Part shown: piece by piece, positions 1-9,942 of the stretch | Layout: each line of letters begins with the position of its first letter | Numbering within the stretch: the first letter of the stretch is position 1 | Made by a program: the position numbers and the translations under genes | Assembly (NCBI GenBank): GCA_029261055.1 | Contig: JAJDCA010000068.1 | Location: 133,275 to 197,274, forward strand | From: Candidatus Omnitrophota bacterium | GTDB taxonomy: Bacteria; Omnitrophota; Gorgyraeia; Zapsychrales; Zapsychraceae | Length of the DNA stretch: 64,000 nucleotides | Reading direction: 5' to 3' | Notes under the pieces: model-generated | What the model saw: the letters and a program-made list of their open reading frames with translations, nothing else | Databases searched by the model: none | What the model was told of the DNA's origin: nothing

Positions 1-691
1 CTGCTTGTACAAATGCTTCGGCGATATCCGTCACATAAGTAAAATCACGCGATTGCTCGCCAGTTCCCACAACTGTGAAAGGTTTGCCCTTTAATTTTTG
101 AGCTAAAAAAACACCAAACACAGCGCCATACGTCCCCGATGTTCGAGAACGCGGACCATATACATTAAAAAGACGCAAAGAAACAACTGGCAAATTATAA
201 ACCTTACTCCAATGCAAAGCTGTTTGTTCGCCCAAATATTTTGTTAAAGCATATGGATATTCCGGATCAGTCGGAGTTGTTTCCTCTGTAGGATAATGCC
301 CCTCAGGAGGAATTCCATAACAGGAGGATGATGCCGTATACATCACTTTTTTAACCTTTGCAAGACGTGCCGCCTCGACAACATTCATGGTGCCCATGAC
401 ATTGGATGCATAATAATTACGTGGATTAACAATGGAAGGAACAATATCTGCCAAAGCCGCCATATGAAAAACTATATCTATCCCTTCAAAGTGGGAAGCA
501 ATACTGTCAAAATTAACAATATCCGCCTCTACCAGCTGAATCTTATCTTTACAATGCTTCAAATTATCAGGTCTTCCTGTCGAAAAATTATCAATCACCG
601 TAACCTTATGATTGTCTGCTAAAAGACGATCCACCAAATGACTGCCAATAAAACCAGCCCCTCCCGTAACAAGAACATTTTTTTGAGTCAT
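1..691 (-). CDS. NAD-dependent epimerase/dehydratase (UDP-glucuronate decarboxylase/UDP-sugar 4-epimerase-like). Partial: the C-terminal part runs off the window.
   Basis: Reverse translation from 691 gives MTQKNVLVTGGAGFIGSHLVDRLL..., a Rossmann GxxGxxG extended-SDR start. The gene runs past position 1. The ATG overlaps the TGA of the upstream gene (ATGA). Confidence 0.7.
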   Translation of the reverse strand, partial: MTQKNVLVTGGAGFIGSHLVDRLLADNHKVTVIDNFSTGRPDNLKHCKDKIQLVEADIVNFDSIASHFEGIDIVFHMAALADIVPSIVNPRNYYASNVMGTMNVVEAARLAKVKKVMYTASSSCYGIPPEGHYPTEETTPTDPEYPYALTKYLGEQTALHWSKVYNLPVVSLRLFNVYGPRSRTSGTYGAVFGVFLAQKLKGKPFTVVGTGEQSRDFTYVTDIAEAFVQA

Positions 692-1287
692 ACTAACATC
701 TCCTCACTCTCTTTTACCTTTCCTGCAAAAAGATCAATCCAACAATGACAAATGGCATGATGCAAAACTTCCACATAACCATATTCTGATGCAGGAAGAT
801 AAAAATTAATATCCCCTAATTGACGAAGAGGATTATCTTCCTTAAACCCAGATAGGGTAATTATTTTTATATTCTTACGTTGCGCAGCTTGTGCCCCACG
901 AAGAATATTCTCTGATTGACCGGAACTGCTAATAGCTACCAGGATATCCCCTTCATCCGCAAACATTTCAATCGGCTTTTCAAAAACATGCTTATACCCA
1001 AAATCATTTGAAATGCATGTTAGCCCTGATGAGTCATTAAATGCCATCGCGCGCACCTCGTTTGTTTTCCAAAAATCTGTAGCCATATGACTAGCAATGG
1101 AAGCACTGGCACCGTTCCCAATAAACATTAACTTGTGGTTATTTTGTTTAACATCCTTAATCACATCCAAAGTCTTAGATACTCCGTCGTCGAATGAACA
1201 AGGCGTCCCATCACAAAGACCCACCCTAATAGAATCCATTAAACTCTTTAAGGTACTCACATATTGATCAACTGAAGATTTCATCAT
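688..1287 (-). CDS. SIS-domain sugar-phosphate isomerase (phosphoheptose isomerase GmhA-like)
   Basis: ORF-track protein has a GmhA/SIS-like layout (FIGNGASASIASHMATDF..., ...LVAISSSGQSENIL). Start placed at the internal Met (1287) because a GGAGGAG RBS precedes it and it avoids overlap with the upstream gene. Confidence 0.6.
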   Translation of the reverse strand: MMKSSVDQYVSTLKSLMDSIRVGLCDGTPCSFDDGVSKTLDVIKDVKQNNHKLMFIGNGASASIASHMATDFWKTNEVRAMAFNDSSGLTCISNDFGYKHVFEKPIEMFADEGDILVAISSSGQSENILRGAQAAQRKNIKIITLSGFKEDNPLRQLGDINFYLPASEYGYVEVLHHAICHCWIDLFAGKVKESEEMLV

Positions 1288-1301
1288 ATTCTCCTCCCAC
1301 T

Positions 1302-2345
1302 CTACTCCGGTACATCCTCCATAGACCACCGGGATTCCTCAATAGAATAATCATCCGATATTTTATCAACTAAATTTTTTAAATCCTTCACCGTCATCCA
1401 GTCTGCATTACTGTCTGATGTATATCTAAAGCCTTCCGAGCATATATGCCCCTTTTCTCCAATCAGAGCTTCCTGAAGTTTTTTTCTTAACGGCCCATCT
1501 TGCTGAACAATAAAACATTCTTTAAATTCAATAGCATTACGCGCTTCATCTTCACTTATCAAAACCTCGTTTACCTTTTCTCCCGGACGAACACCAACAA
1601 CCTCTCGCTTGCATTCAGGTGCGATGGCCTGGGCTAAATCTGTAATTTTCATCGAAGGAATTCGCGGAACAAAAATTTCTCCCCCCTTGGATCTCGATAA
1701 AGAAATAAGAACAAAATGAACAGCTTGATCCAATGTAATCCAAAAACGCGTCATACTATCATCAGTTATGGGCAATACTCCTGTTTTGGCTCTTTCCTTA
1801 AAAAACGGAATGACTGAACCACGACTGCCTAAAACATTACCATAACGAACAACGGCAAATTTTGTCGTGTTATGCCTCCCAACCTGATTCTCAGCGACAA
1901 AAAGCTTATCAGAACATAATTTTGTGGCTCCATAAAGATTAATAGGATTACACGCCTTATCTGTTGACAACGCAATCACCTTCTTAACATCATTTTCAAT
2001 GGCCGCATCAATAATATTCACAGCACCCAAAACATTTGTTTTGATGTATTCTTCCGGATTACGCTCAGCCGCCGGAACCTGTTTCAATGCCGCAGCATGG
2101 ATAATGTAATCAACCCCTTTGAAAACACGCATGAGCCGATCTTTATCCCGCACATCACCCAAAACATACTCTAAACAAGGATATTTAGCAGGGCTCCACT
2201 TCTGCGTCATCTCAAATTGCTTCAATTCATCCCGACTAAATATAATAAGCCGTTTTGGCTTATATTCCGCTAATACAATCTGAATCATTTTCTTTCCAAA
2301 AGAACCTGTCCCACCTGTAATCAAAATAGATTTATTATTTAACAT
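1302..2345 (-). CDS. UDP-N-acetylglucosamine 4,6-dehydratase (PseB/CapD/FlaA1 family)
   Basis: N-terminus ILITGGTGSFGKK plus ~340 aa length are typical of the PseB/CapD polysaccharide-biosynthesis dehydratases. Confidence 0.7.
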   Translation of the reverse strand: MLNNKSILITGGTGSFGKKMIQIVLAEYKPKRLIIFSRDELKQFEMTQKWSPAKYPCLEYVLGDVRDKDRLMRVFKGVDYIIHAAALKQVPAAERNPEEYIKTNVLGAVNIIDAAIENDVKKVIALSTDKACNPINLYGATKLCSDKLFVAENQVGRHNTTKFAVVRYGNVLGSRGSVIPFFKERAKTGVLPITDDSMTRFWITLDQAVHFVLISLSRSKGGEIFVPRIPSMKITDLAQAIAPECKREVVGVRPGEKVNEVLISEDEARNAIEFKECFIVQQDGPLRKKLQEALIGEKGHICSEGFRYTSDSNADWMTVKDLKNLVDKISDDYSIEESRWSMEDVPE

Positions 2346-2373
2346 AATTACTCCAGCTAAAGATTTGTCTCAA

Positions 2374-2970
2374 TTATTTCTGGGCAAATCCACATTGAAC
2401 TTCTCGTGAGTTCCCTACATGATTCATAAAAACATCATCCTGGGCCAATGCTTCAATAAGGTTAATTGTCTGCTGAGCCTCTGGAACAGGCTTTATATTT
2501 TCTTTACATATCATTAAAACCCCATTCATCTTTTGAGAAGGAGGTTTATCAATATAGGTAATATGACAATCGCTGATGCCATTTTCTTTAAGAACCATTT
2601 CAATAAGCATGGCAAAATCCGACTTTCCAAAAATAATAAAAATCCTTTCCCCTTCTTCATAAAATTTCAGCACTATTTTTTTAATTCTTTCTTTAATAAG
2701 ACTAATGGAATTAATAGTGTTCAGGGTATACTTAACCGATTTACGCATTTTTTCCATAATTCCTTTTGGGGTAAGGAGATATTTAGCCTTTTTCTTATTA
2801 AGTTGGGTGATACGGATGAATCCTTTGGAAATAAGCCTACGAATAAGCATGTTCGTTTGACCTAAGGAAAGGTCCATCTGGAGGGATAGGTCTCGCTGAT
2901 TGGAACCCAAATGGGCACCAATAATATTGATGAGTTCAAATTCTCTTTCGTCTAAAACGTCTTTAGGCAT
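2374..2970 (-). CDS. winged-helix transcriptional regulator (MarR/Lrp-like N-terminal HTH) with a C-terminal domain of unknown function
   Basis: N-terminal SNQRDLSLQMDLSLGQTNMLIRRLISKGFI is wHTH-like. Sits inside the glycan locus. Confidence 0.4.
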   Translation of the reverse strand: MPKDVLDEREFELINIIGAHLGSNQRDLSLQMDLSLGQTNMLIRRLISKGFIRITQLNKKKAKYLLTPKGIMEKMRKSVKYTLNTINSISLIKERIKKIVLKFYEEGERIFIIFGKSDFAMLIEMVLKENGISDCHITYIDKPPSQKMNGVLMICKENIKPVPEAQQTINLIEALAQDDVFMNHVGNSREVQCGFAQK

Positions 2971-3053
2971 AAGAAGTTATCACTAAATAACACGTAATTT
3001 GTTCAATAATTGAACGTATTATAAATCCTTAATGCCTTCTGTCAAGCACAAAC

Positions 3054-4808
3054 TTAAAACACCCGTAAATTCCTCAAATGATCCGCCTTCTCTTTTGGAC
3101 GTCCCTGCAAATATTGCTGACTCAATATAAGCATCACCGCACAATCCTGATACCCCTGCTTAAGCTGATCTTGTAATACTTTCCCATCATCAATCTGTCC
3201 GGAAAGCAAAGGAAGGTAAATAATCTTGGATGAGCTAATATACTTTATAGCATGTTCTGGTTTCTGCTTTAAAGCCTTGGTAAGCACATCGACCGCCTTC
3301 GCATATTCCTTTTGTTTAAAATAAATTGTTCCCAAATTATGATAAAACCAAAAAAATCTCGGCTCCATCTCAATAGCTTTACGATAAGCCACCACAGAAC
3401 CCTCCACCTTGCCTAAATGATACAAACAAAACCCTAATACCCCATGAGCATCCGGCCGATTAGGAATATATTGAATAATTTTTTGATAATAACGTTCATA
3501 TTTTTCTAGTTTACTTTTATTTATTTCTCCTGCCATTTTCGAAATTTGAAATAAATATTCATAAGATGCCGGCTGAAGACGATTTAATGTTTGATTCCGA
3601 GCTCGTTTTTTGAAATCACCGTAATTAATTATAAAATTTCCTATTAAAAAGAAACTCATTAAAATAATGCTGCTCAACCGAATCCAGTTCCACCATGGCA
3701 TAGACTTCAGACGAAACTGCTTTATTCTTTCCCAATAAAATGGGACAGCTACTGCTAAAGAAATCATAAAAACAGGAAAAATCAATTCATAATACCGATA
3801 CTGTCGATGCGTAAAATAAACCCCCCGAGATATCGTGATATAATTAATTATCGGCGATATAAAGTATAAAATAAATATCGTTAAAAATATGACGGTATGA
3901 CTGCGCAACTTCTGATAAGAGACCGTCATAAGGATTCCTAAAAATGATAAAATTGGCACCATGCGCATTGCTTTCCAAAATTGGAAAAAATTAGCTAAAT
4001 ACTGATCAAAGCTTTCCTGTCCGGAAACATGACTATATGTTCCTACTTTTCCTAAAATGTAATACAAACAAATAATCCCCGGAAAAATAAAAATTTTTAA
4101 AATCTTTTTTACTACGTCCCAAAAATTCTCTTTATACATCAATTCGACGACCATAAAACTCAATGCAAAACTAAACATCTGAAATATTGAAACAGTTGCT
4201 GTTAAAGCCAAAAAGCTAAACAATATAATTAAAACACGATGGGCTTTTGGATAACATACATACCAGACCATCGTCAAAAACCACAATCCATTCCAAAGCG
4301 CATAAACTCTCATTTCTATAGAAAAAAAGAAATTATGTAATCGAAAATAATAATCTCCCAAAGCACACAAAAGAAGCCCTGCTTGTAAACACTTCAAGAA
4401 AAAATTCACCTTTCCCTGGCCCGGTTTAAAATATATAAGAAAAATAACAATTAATCCTGATAGTAAACTGGAAAAGATAGGGTGCAGGCGATAATACACA
4501 TTAAACGGCAAACCAAAAGAGTGCAGAGGTCCTCTTAATTGATCCCAAACCTTTAAAAAAACATAATCCAACGGTGCTGGACTTAGCTGTCCACTAGCCC
4601 CATTGACCAAAATATCCCAATAAGCAGATTTCTGAACACTATACTCCAGGCTCCAGCTTTCATCCAACCACAAATCCTTTTTCTCAGCTGAATCAAAAGC
4701 TTGCATAGCAAAAGTAACGGCTATCCAAATTGAAAAAACAAGAAACAGGCTGCCAATGTATTTACAATGGCCACCCTTCAATACTAATTTATGGTTAACT
4801 TCAGACAT
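3054..4808 (-). CDS. polytopic membrane protein (about 12 TM) with C-terminal TPR repeats; GT-C/TMTC-like glycosyltransferase candidate
   Basis: Long hydrophobic N-terminal ~430 aa with DE..Y / PLDYVFLKVW-like loop motifs seen in PMT/ArnT GT-C enzymes. C-terminal ~150 aa TPR module is paralogous to those of ORFs 12092..13099 and 38876..42103. Confidence 0.45.
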   Translation of the reverse strand: MSEVNHKLVLKGGHCKYIGSLFLVFSIWIAVTFAMQAFDSAEKKDLWLDESWSLEYSVQKSAYWDILVNGASGQLSPAPLDYVFLKVWDQLRGPLHSFGLPFNVYYRLHPIFSSLLSGLIVIFLIYFKPGQGKVNFFLKCLQAGLLLCALGDYYFRLHNFFFSIEMRVYALWNGLWFLTMVWYVCYPKAHRVLIILFSFLALTATVSIFQMFSFALSFMVVELMYKENFWDVVKKILKIFIFPGIICLYYILGKVGTYSHVSGQESFDQYLANFFQFWKAMRMVPILSFLGILMTVSYQKLRSHTVIFLTIFILYFISPIINYITISRGVYFTHRQYRYYELIFPVFMISLAVAVPFYWERIKQFRLKSMPWWNWIRLSSIILMSFFLIGNFIINYGDFKKRARNQTLNRLQPASYEYLFQISKMAGEINKSKLEKYERYYQKIIQYIPNRPDAHGVLGFCLYHLGKVEGSVVAYRKAIEMEPRFFWFYHNLGTIYFKQKEYAKAVDVLTKALKQKPEHAIKYISSSKIIYLPLLSGQIDDGKVLQDQLKQGYQDCAVMLILSQQYLQGRPKEKADHLRNLRVF

Positions 4809-5928
4809 TTAAAAAGGCAGCTTCAAAACATTCCAATGCCGCTAAAATTATTTTATCCATATCATAATAAGCATAATCGCCCAAACGACCGCCAAAAATA
4901 ACATTACCCTCTGCTTTAGCAAGCGACTTGTATTTTTTTAAATTTGATTTATCTTCCTGAGTATGAACAGGATAATAAGGTTCCATGGGATTATTACAAG
5001 ATGTTTCGAAAAAAATTAATGATTGTTTTTTTGCATAATTTCTTTCTAGATGAAGATGCTGAGGTTCGTGAATACGCGTATATGGCACATCTAAATCCGC
5101 ATAATTCATTACAGAGGTTCCTTGATAATCTTCCACATCAACAACTTTTTTCTCAAGGGATATAGATCGCCATGCCAATTTACCATATCTATAATCAAAA
5201 TAGCGATCAATCGGCCCTGTATAAATGATTTTCTTTTTCACCTTAAACTCATCACGACATTCAAAATAATCACAATTTAACCTAATACGAATGCCCGATG
5301 AATTTAACATATTCTCAAAAATCATTGTGTACCCTCCTGAAGGTACCCCCTGCCACACGGCATCATGAAAATAATCTTCGCAATAATTAAACCTGACAGG
5401 AAGACGGGCAATAATACTGGCAGGCAAATCCTGAGGATTCTTATCCCATTGCTTAATCGTATAAGATTTAATAAAAGCTTCGTAAAGAGGCCGGCCAATC
5501 AAACTGATGGCTTTTTCTTCAAAGTTCTTTGGTTCTACGATATTCTCTTTTTCAATTTCTTTCTCTATAAACCTTCTAGCTTCTGTCGGTGTAAAATTTT
5601 TTTCATAAAAAGTATTTATCGTTTCCAAATTAACAGGCATTTGGTAAACGACGCCTTTATATTTTGTTAAAACTTGGTGGTGGTACCCATTAAAAGAAGT
5701 GAACTGTGTAATGTAGTCCCAAACTTTCTGAGAAGATGTATGAAAAATATGCGTTCCATATAGATGATGTTCAATTCCTGTTTCTTGATCTTCTGCTGAA
5801 TAACAATTACCTCCAATATGATCCCGTTTATCAATAACAACAACATTAGCCCCTAATTCATTGGCAATACGTTCAGCCAAAACGCTTCCAAAAAAACCTG
5901 CCCCGACTACAAGGTAATCACATTCCAT
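4801..5928 (-). CDS. glf: UDP-galactopyranose mutase
   Basis: N-terminal FAD fold YLVVGAGFFGSVLAERIA, ~375 aa, and overall motif layout match Glf. Confidence 0.8.
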   Translation of the reverse strand: MECDYLVVGAGFFGSVLAERIANELGANVVVIDKRDHIGGNCYSAEDQETGIEHHLYGTHIFHTSSQKVWDYITQFTSFNGYHHQVLTKYKGVVYQMPVNLETINTFYEKNFTPTEARRFIEKEIEKENIVEPKNFEEKAISLIGRPLYEAFIKSYTIKQWDKNPQDLPASIIARLPVRFNYCEDYFHDAVWQGVPSGGYTMIFENMLNSSGIRIRLNCDYFECRDEFKVKKKIIYTGPIDRYFDYRYGKLAWRSISLEKKVVDVEDYQGTSVMNYADLDVPYTRIHEPQHLHLERNYAKKQSLIFFETSCNNPMEPYYPVHTQEDKSNLKKYKSLAKAEGNVIFGGRLGDYAYYDMDKIILAALECFEAAFLNV

Positions 5929-6637
5929 GCTTCAACCCCAATTTCGGACGGCACCACAATACCTGCCAGAAAGATTTTATCGCCACTCTAAAGAGCTTCC
6001 ATTTCACAATAGACACCTCACCTGTCTTCCTCCCCTCATGAAGCACAGGATATTCATAAATACGCACTCTCTCCCTAGATAATACTCCGGAAATAATGAC
6101 ATTAGGGGCAAAGATATGCGAAGGAATTTGAACAATAATTGGGTTTAAAATACTGCTTCGCATCAAACGATAAGGAACATTCACATCTGTTACACCTCGA
6201 CCAAATAATATCCGTACGCTCAATCGAGAAAAAATACTAATACACCATCGCGACACATTTTGGTCTCTCCCCTGCCTTACACCAAACAATACATCGAAAT
6301 CTTTACGTTTATGCCACAAATAAGGAAAATAATCTGGTTTGATTTCATCATCACCATCACACTGAAAAACCCATTGTGCTGTCTCTACAGCTTTTTGATA
6401 ACCTAATAATATCGTCGGCCCATGCCCACTATTTTCTTTATGAATAACCACAACATGCGAATCTCCTTTAAATGCCTCCAACGTTTCCCGCGTCCCGTCT
6501 GTTGACCCATCATTTAAAATGATAATTCGGAATTTTATTTGAAGGCAGGATAGCACGGCCTGCCAGGATTTAACAACCCTTACAACACAAGCTTCTTCGT
6601 TATAAACAGGAATAAGAACCGCAAGATCAAGGGACAT
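5918..6637 (-). CDS. family 2 glycosyltransferase
   Basis: LAVLIPVYNEE ... LNDGSTDGT ... GT-A fold signature (DxD region). Confidence 0.7.
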   Translation of the reverse strand: MSLDLAVLIPVYNEEACVVRVVKSWQAVLSCLQIKFRIIILNDGSTDGTRETLEAFKGDSHVVVIHKENSGHGPTILLGYQKAVETAQWVFQCDGDDEIKPDYFPYLWHKRKDFDVLFGVRQGRDQNVSRWCISIFSRLSVRILFGRGVTDVNVPYRLMRSSILNPIIVQIPSHIFAPNVIISGVLSRERVRIYEYPVLHEGRKTGEVSIVKWKLFRVAIKSFWQVLWCRPKLGLKHGM

Positions 6638-6646
6638 ATGATAAAT

Positions 6647-6995
6647 TCACCACTTAAATTCAACACCTTCTCGATAACATTGGGCGCACATGGGGTTGGC
6701 GGCACGGCCTTTGGTAGTCATCATTTGCCTCATGGCGATGGCGTTGGGGCCGTTCCAGACATCCATCACGTTTGTTTTTCCTACTTCAAATGTTTTATAA
6801 GGTTTACTATCACTCCAAACAACAGCATCACAACAAGGCAGAACATCGCCGTTAAAATTAACTTGCATGCCTTTCCACAACCAGTCACACGATATCTGTA
6901 AAGGAAGTGGATGGCGGCTCCTTGTCTTCCAAACCGCATTTCGGATTCCCAGGACGTATATTCATCATAAGCCCCAAATCATTACAAAATTTACC
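6647..6995 (-). pseudogene. truncated duplicate of the C-terminal SPASM region of the radical SAM gene at 7898..8926
   Basis: 77-aa ORF MWKGMQVNFNGDVLPCCDAVVWSDSKPYKTFEVGKTNVMDVWNGPNAIAMRQMMTTKGRAANPMCAQCYREGVEFKW is ~85% identical to the last 77 aa of the 342-aa rSAM. Nucleotide similarity continues upstream to ~6995 but the frame is broken by an indel (6900-6925 vs 8150-8185). Confidence 0.6.
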
Positions 6996-7016
6996 CACCT
7001 TTAAAAGGCAGATTCT

Positions 7017-7904
7017 TCACTTTTTTCTGGCAACAGAAATCATATTTTCAACGCTTAATTTAAGAGACACATTTGATAACTTTGTCAATTTTAAAAACGT
7101 CCGTAGGAGTTTCTTAAAAAATATTGGTAAGGGTAACATTCGCATAACATGATCTAACTGATACCTGTTTGCAATATTTTTTATACAGCACACTTCAAAA
7201 CCATTCTTTTCTAAAATCTTACGCATAGTTTTTTTATCCCATAAATGAATATGGGAAATATCATATGTTGATGCTTTATCCCTCAGTACCATTGGAAGAA
7301 AAGATTTAATATCATGATGAATGGCTAAAAGAATTCCGCCTTTCTTTAAATATTGATAAACTATCTGAAGAAATTGATTCGGCTTTACTATATGATCAAA
7401 AACTTGAAAAAAACAAACAGCATCAAAATATTCCCCTGGGAATATACCTTCCTTAAGCTCTGTATTCTTAATTCGATTTTGCAAAAACGAAGGTGCATTA
7501 TTATAAGCCCCCCTGCTTGGTTCAATTCCCCAAACTTCCTTGAACCCATATTTTTTTATTTTATTAAGAAAAAAGCCATCAGCACAACCGATTTCTAACA
7601 AACGCCCTTTTTCATGAATAAAATGCTGCATCTTCTCAAACTGCCCTAAATAATCGGCTACCATGTTTTTTAACTGAGGTTCTTCAATAAATTGACTTTG
7701 ACGATACAACTGCATAATTTTATTTTCCGGAATAATCGGATTAGAATAAACTAATCCGCAATCTACGCATTGAACAACACGAAAATGCATATGGTCAGGA
7801 GTCTTTCGTCCCACAAATTCTAATGATTCAATTTCAAACTTCTCTGAAAAACGCACTTTAAATTTATTTTTCTCACCACAAATAGGACAATGAATGTTTA
7901 CCAT
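7017..7904 (-). CDS. class I SAM-dependent methyltransferase with N-terminal CxxC...CxxC zinc ribbon (sugar C-methyltransferase-like family)
   Basis: HCPICGEK...CVDCGL zinc ribbon, then LLEIGCADGFF (SAM motif I) and LKKGGILLA (motif II-like). Architecture resembles TylCIII/NovU-type C-methyltransferases. Confidence 0.6.
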   Translation of the reverse strand: MVNIHCPICGEKNKFKVRFSEKFEIESLEFVGRKTPDHMHFRVVQCVDCGLVYSNPIIPENKIMQLYRQSQFIEEPQLKNMVADYLGQFEKMQHFIHEKGRLLEIGCADGFFLNKIKKYGFKEVWGIEPSRGAYNNAPSFLQNRIKNTELKEGIFPGEYFDAVCFFQVFDHIVKPNQFLQIVYQYLKKGGILLAIHHDIKSFLPMVLRDKASTYDISHIHLWDKKTMRKILEKNGFEVCCIKNIANRYQLDHVMRMLPLPIFFKKLLRTFLKLTKLSNVSLKLSVENMISVARKK

Positions 7905-8926
7905 TTAAATTCTACCCCCCGCCTATAACATTGCGCACACATGGGGTGGGCGGCACGGCCTTGGGTAGTCATCATCTTTCTCATCGCAATGGAGTTGGGA
8001 CCGTTCCACACATCCATCACGTTTGTTTTCCCCACTTCAAATATCTCATAAGGTTTACTACCGCTCCAAATAACGGTTTCACAGCAAGGAAGAATATCCC
8101 CATTAAAGTTGACTTGCATACCCTTCCACAACCAGTCACAGGATATCTGCAAAGGAAGCGGCTCCAACGATAACGGAGGCTCTTTATCTTCTAATCCACA
8201 TTTCGGATTTCCAGGGCGTATATTCATCATAAGCCCTAAATCATCACAAAACTTACGGACATCGTCTACCTGATGTTTGTTATATTGATACAGAATAAAA
8301 TCAATCAAAATAAGCATATTGTATTTTCCTTTTCTGTTAGCCCTGGCCAGCATACGAATATTTTCTTTAAGCTTCTCTACATGACCATAACGAATTTGGA
8401 TACTATAAACATCCTGCGTGAATCCGCCGAGTTGAATTTTAATAAAATCTATCCCCGCTGTTAAAATTTGGGTAATGTTTTCTTGAGTAAATTTCAATCC
8501 ATTAGTCGAAATCATCGTAGCAACCCCGCGGTCTGTCGCAAAACGGATAACCTTATGCAAGTCTTTATACAGCAATGGCTCCCCATTGGTATATAAGACA
8601 GCAATTAACACACGACTTTTGACCTGATCGATAATTTCCTGAGCCATTTCTAATGGCATCTTTCCCTTTTTAATAGCCCCTTTTGACCCTTCGGGATTTA
8701 TATCATGAATAACACCCTTAGCATCCCGACAAAACAAACAGCCGGCATTACATTCATTCCATAATTCTAAACTTAAAATAAAAGGAGACTTGGCAGATTT
8801 TTTAGATTTTAATACATAGGCGAGACTGCAAACAAAAACATTAAAAACTTTCTTTATAGTAATTTTTTTCTGCTTCAAAACCCTAAGCAATAAATTCCAT
8901 TTCAAATAATTATATCGATTACGCAT
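7898..8926 (-). CDS. radical SAM enzyme with C-terminal SPASM domain
   Basis: CNAGCLFCR (CxxxCxxC) near the N-terminus. C-terminal Cys-rich CxxxxCxxxC...C..C (..LPCCETVIW...HPMCAQCY) typical of SPASM/twitch auxiliary clusters. Confidence 0.75.
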   Translation of the reverse strand: MRNRYNYLKWNLLLRVLKQKKITIKKVFNVFVCSLAYVLKSKKSAKSPFILSLELWNECNAGCLFCRDAKGVIHDINPEGSKGAIKKGKMPLEMAQEIIDQVKSRVLIAVLYTNGEPLLYKDLHKVIRFATDRGVATMISTNGLKFTQENITQILTAGIDFIKIQLGGFTQDVYSIQIRYGHVEKLKENIRMLARANRKGKYNMLILIDFILYQYNKHQVDDVRKFCDDLGLMMNIRPGNPKCGLEDKEPPLSLEPLPLQISCDWLWKGMQVNFNGDILPCCETVIWSGSKPYEIFEVGKTNVMDVWNGPNSIAMRKMMTTQGRAAHPMCAQCYRRGVEFKW

Positions 8927-8937
8927 AGTATAATTAA

Positions 8938-9942
8938 TTACCTTTCTGCAAAATCTTCTCGCTGTATAGAAGAAGAGCTCTGCGGAAAACCAAAAGTATT
9001 TTTGATAATATAATTTGGCCGTCCCTTACTCTGTTCATAAATAGAATTTAAATATACCCCCATGATACCAATACAAAACAATTGCACCCCACCCATAAAT
9101 AACACTACAATCATCAATGGCGTCCATCTTGGGATAGAATTCCCTTGAATATAGTTAATAAATACATAACCCATAAGGACAAAATCAATGATGAGTGCCA
9201 AAAAACCCAAAAAAGAAGCTATTTTTAGTGGCGCTGAAGAAAATGAAATTAACGCCGAACCAAAAAAGTTATTCAGAACTTTCGGGCTTAAGACATGAAA
9301 TTTAGATCGGCCTGAAAAACGCGCATCCCTATCGTACTTAACATATTTCTGTTTAAATCCCAACCAACATACTAATCCGCGCATGAAAGGATGGATCTCT
9401 CGCATTTTAACAAGGTGCTCAACAGCTCGACTGGAAAGCAATTTAAAATCACCTGCTTCTACAGGGAGATATAACGATGAAAATTTATTGAGAATAAGAT
9501 AACCAATACGCGTAATAAAAAGCTTAAATCTTGATTCGCCTTTACGAGAACGCCGTACCGTATGGACAATGTCTACATCCTCTTCACTTTGCCATTCACG
9601 CAATAAATCTGAAATAACCTCAGGTGGATCCTGTAAATCCGTATCCATATAAACAACGGCATCTCCCGAAGCATACTTCATGCCAGCTAAAACACACGGT
9701 GACACGCCAAAACATCGAGACATATTAATAATACGGATATCTTCTTGTTCTTTGGAGTGTTCAATAAGAATATTTTTGGAATTATCCGTAGAATCGTCGT
9801 TAACAAAAATTAATTCATGCGATGTAATAACGCCCTTGCTCTGCTCCTGAGTAAGGACAGCGCGGACACGTTTAATTAATTCCGGAAGGACGTCTTCTTC
9901 ATTACGAAATGAAAAGACAACGGAAAGTATTTTAGAATTCAA
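8938..9942 (-). CDS. polyprenyl-phosphate glycosyltransferase (GT2, GtrB/ArnC/DPM1-like) with C-terminal TM helices
   Basis: LSVVFSFRNEE...VNDDSTDNS GT2 N-terminus, plus two C-terminal hydrophobic helices as in GtrB/ArnC. Confidence 0.7.
   Translation of the reverse strand: MNSKILSVVFSFRNEEDVLPELIKRVRAVLTQEQSKGVITSHELIFVNDDSTDNSKNILIEHSKEQEDIRIINMSRCFGVSPCVLAGMKYASGDAVVYMDTDLQDPPEVISDLLREWQSEEDVDIVHTVRRSRKGESRFKLFITRIGYLILNKFSSLYLPVEAGDFKLLSSRAVEHLVKMREIHPFMRGLVCWLGFKQKYVKYDRDARFSGRSKFHVLSPKVLNNFFGSALISFSSAPLKIASFLGFLALIIDFVLMGYVFINYIQGNSIPRWTPLMIVVLFMGGVQLFCIGIMGVYLNSIYEQSKGRPNYIIKNTFGFPQSSSSIQREDFAER

Noticed and set aside
2533-2865. 110-aa plus-strand ORF
   Set aside because: Lies entirely antisense inside the well-supported wHTH regulator gene (2374..2970). 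Low-complexity F/N/K-rich translation typical of AT-rich antisense frames.
6638-6901. 87-aa plus-strand ORF (and its twin at 7931..8173)
   Set aside because: Both are antisense reading frames of the duplicated SPASM-coding segment. Their similarity to each other merely reflects the duplication.
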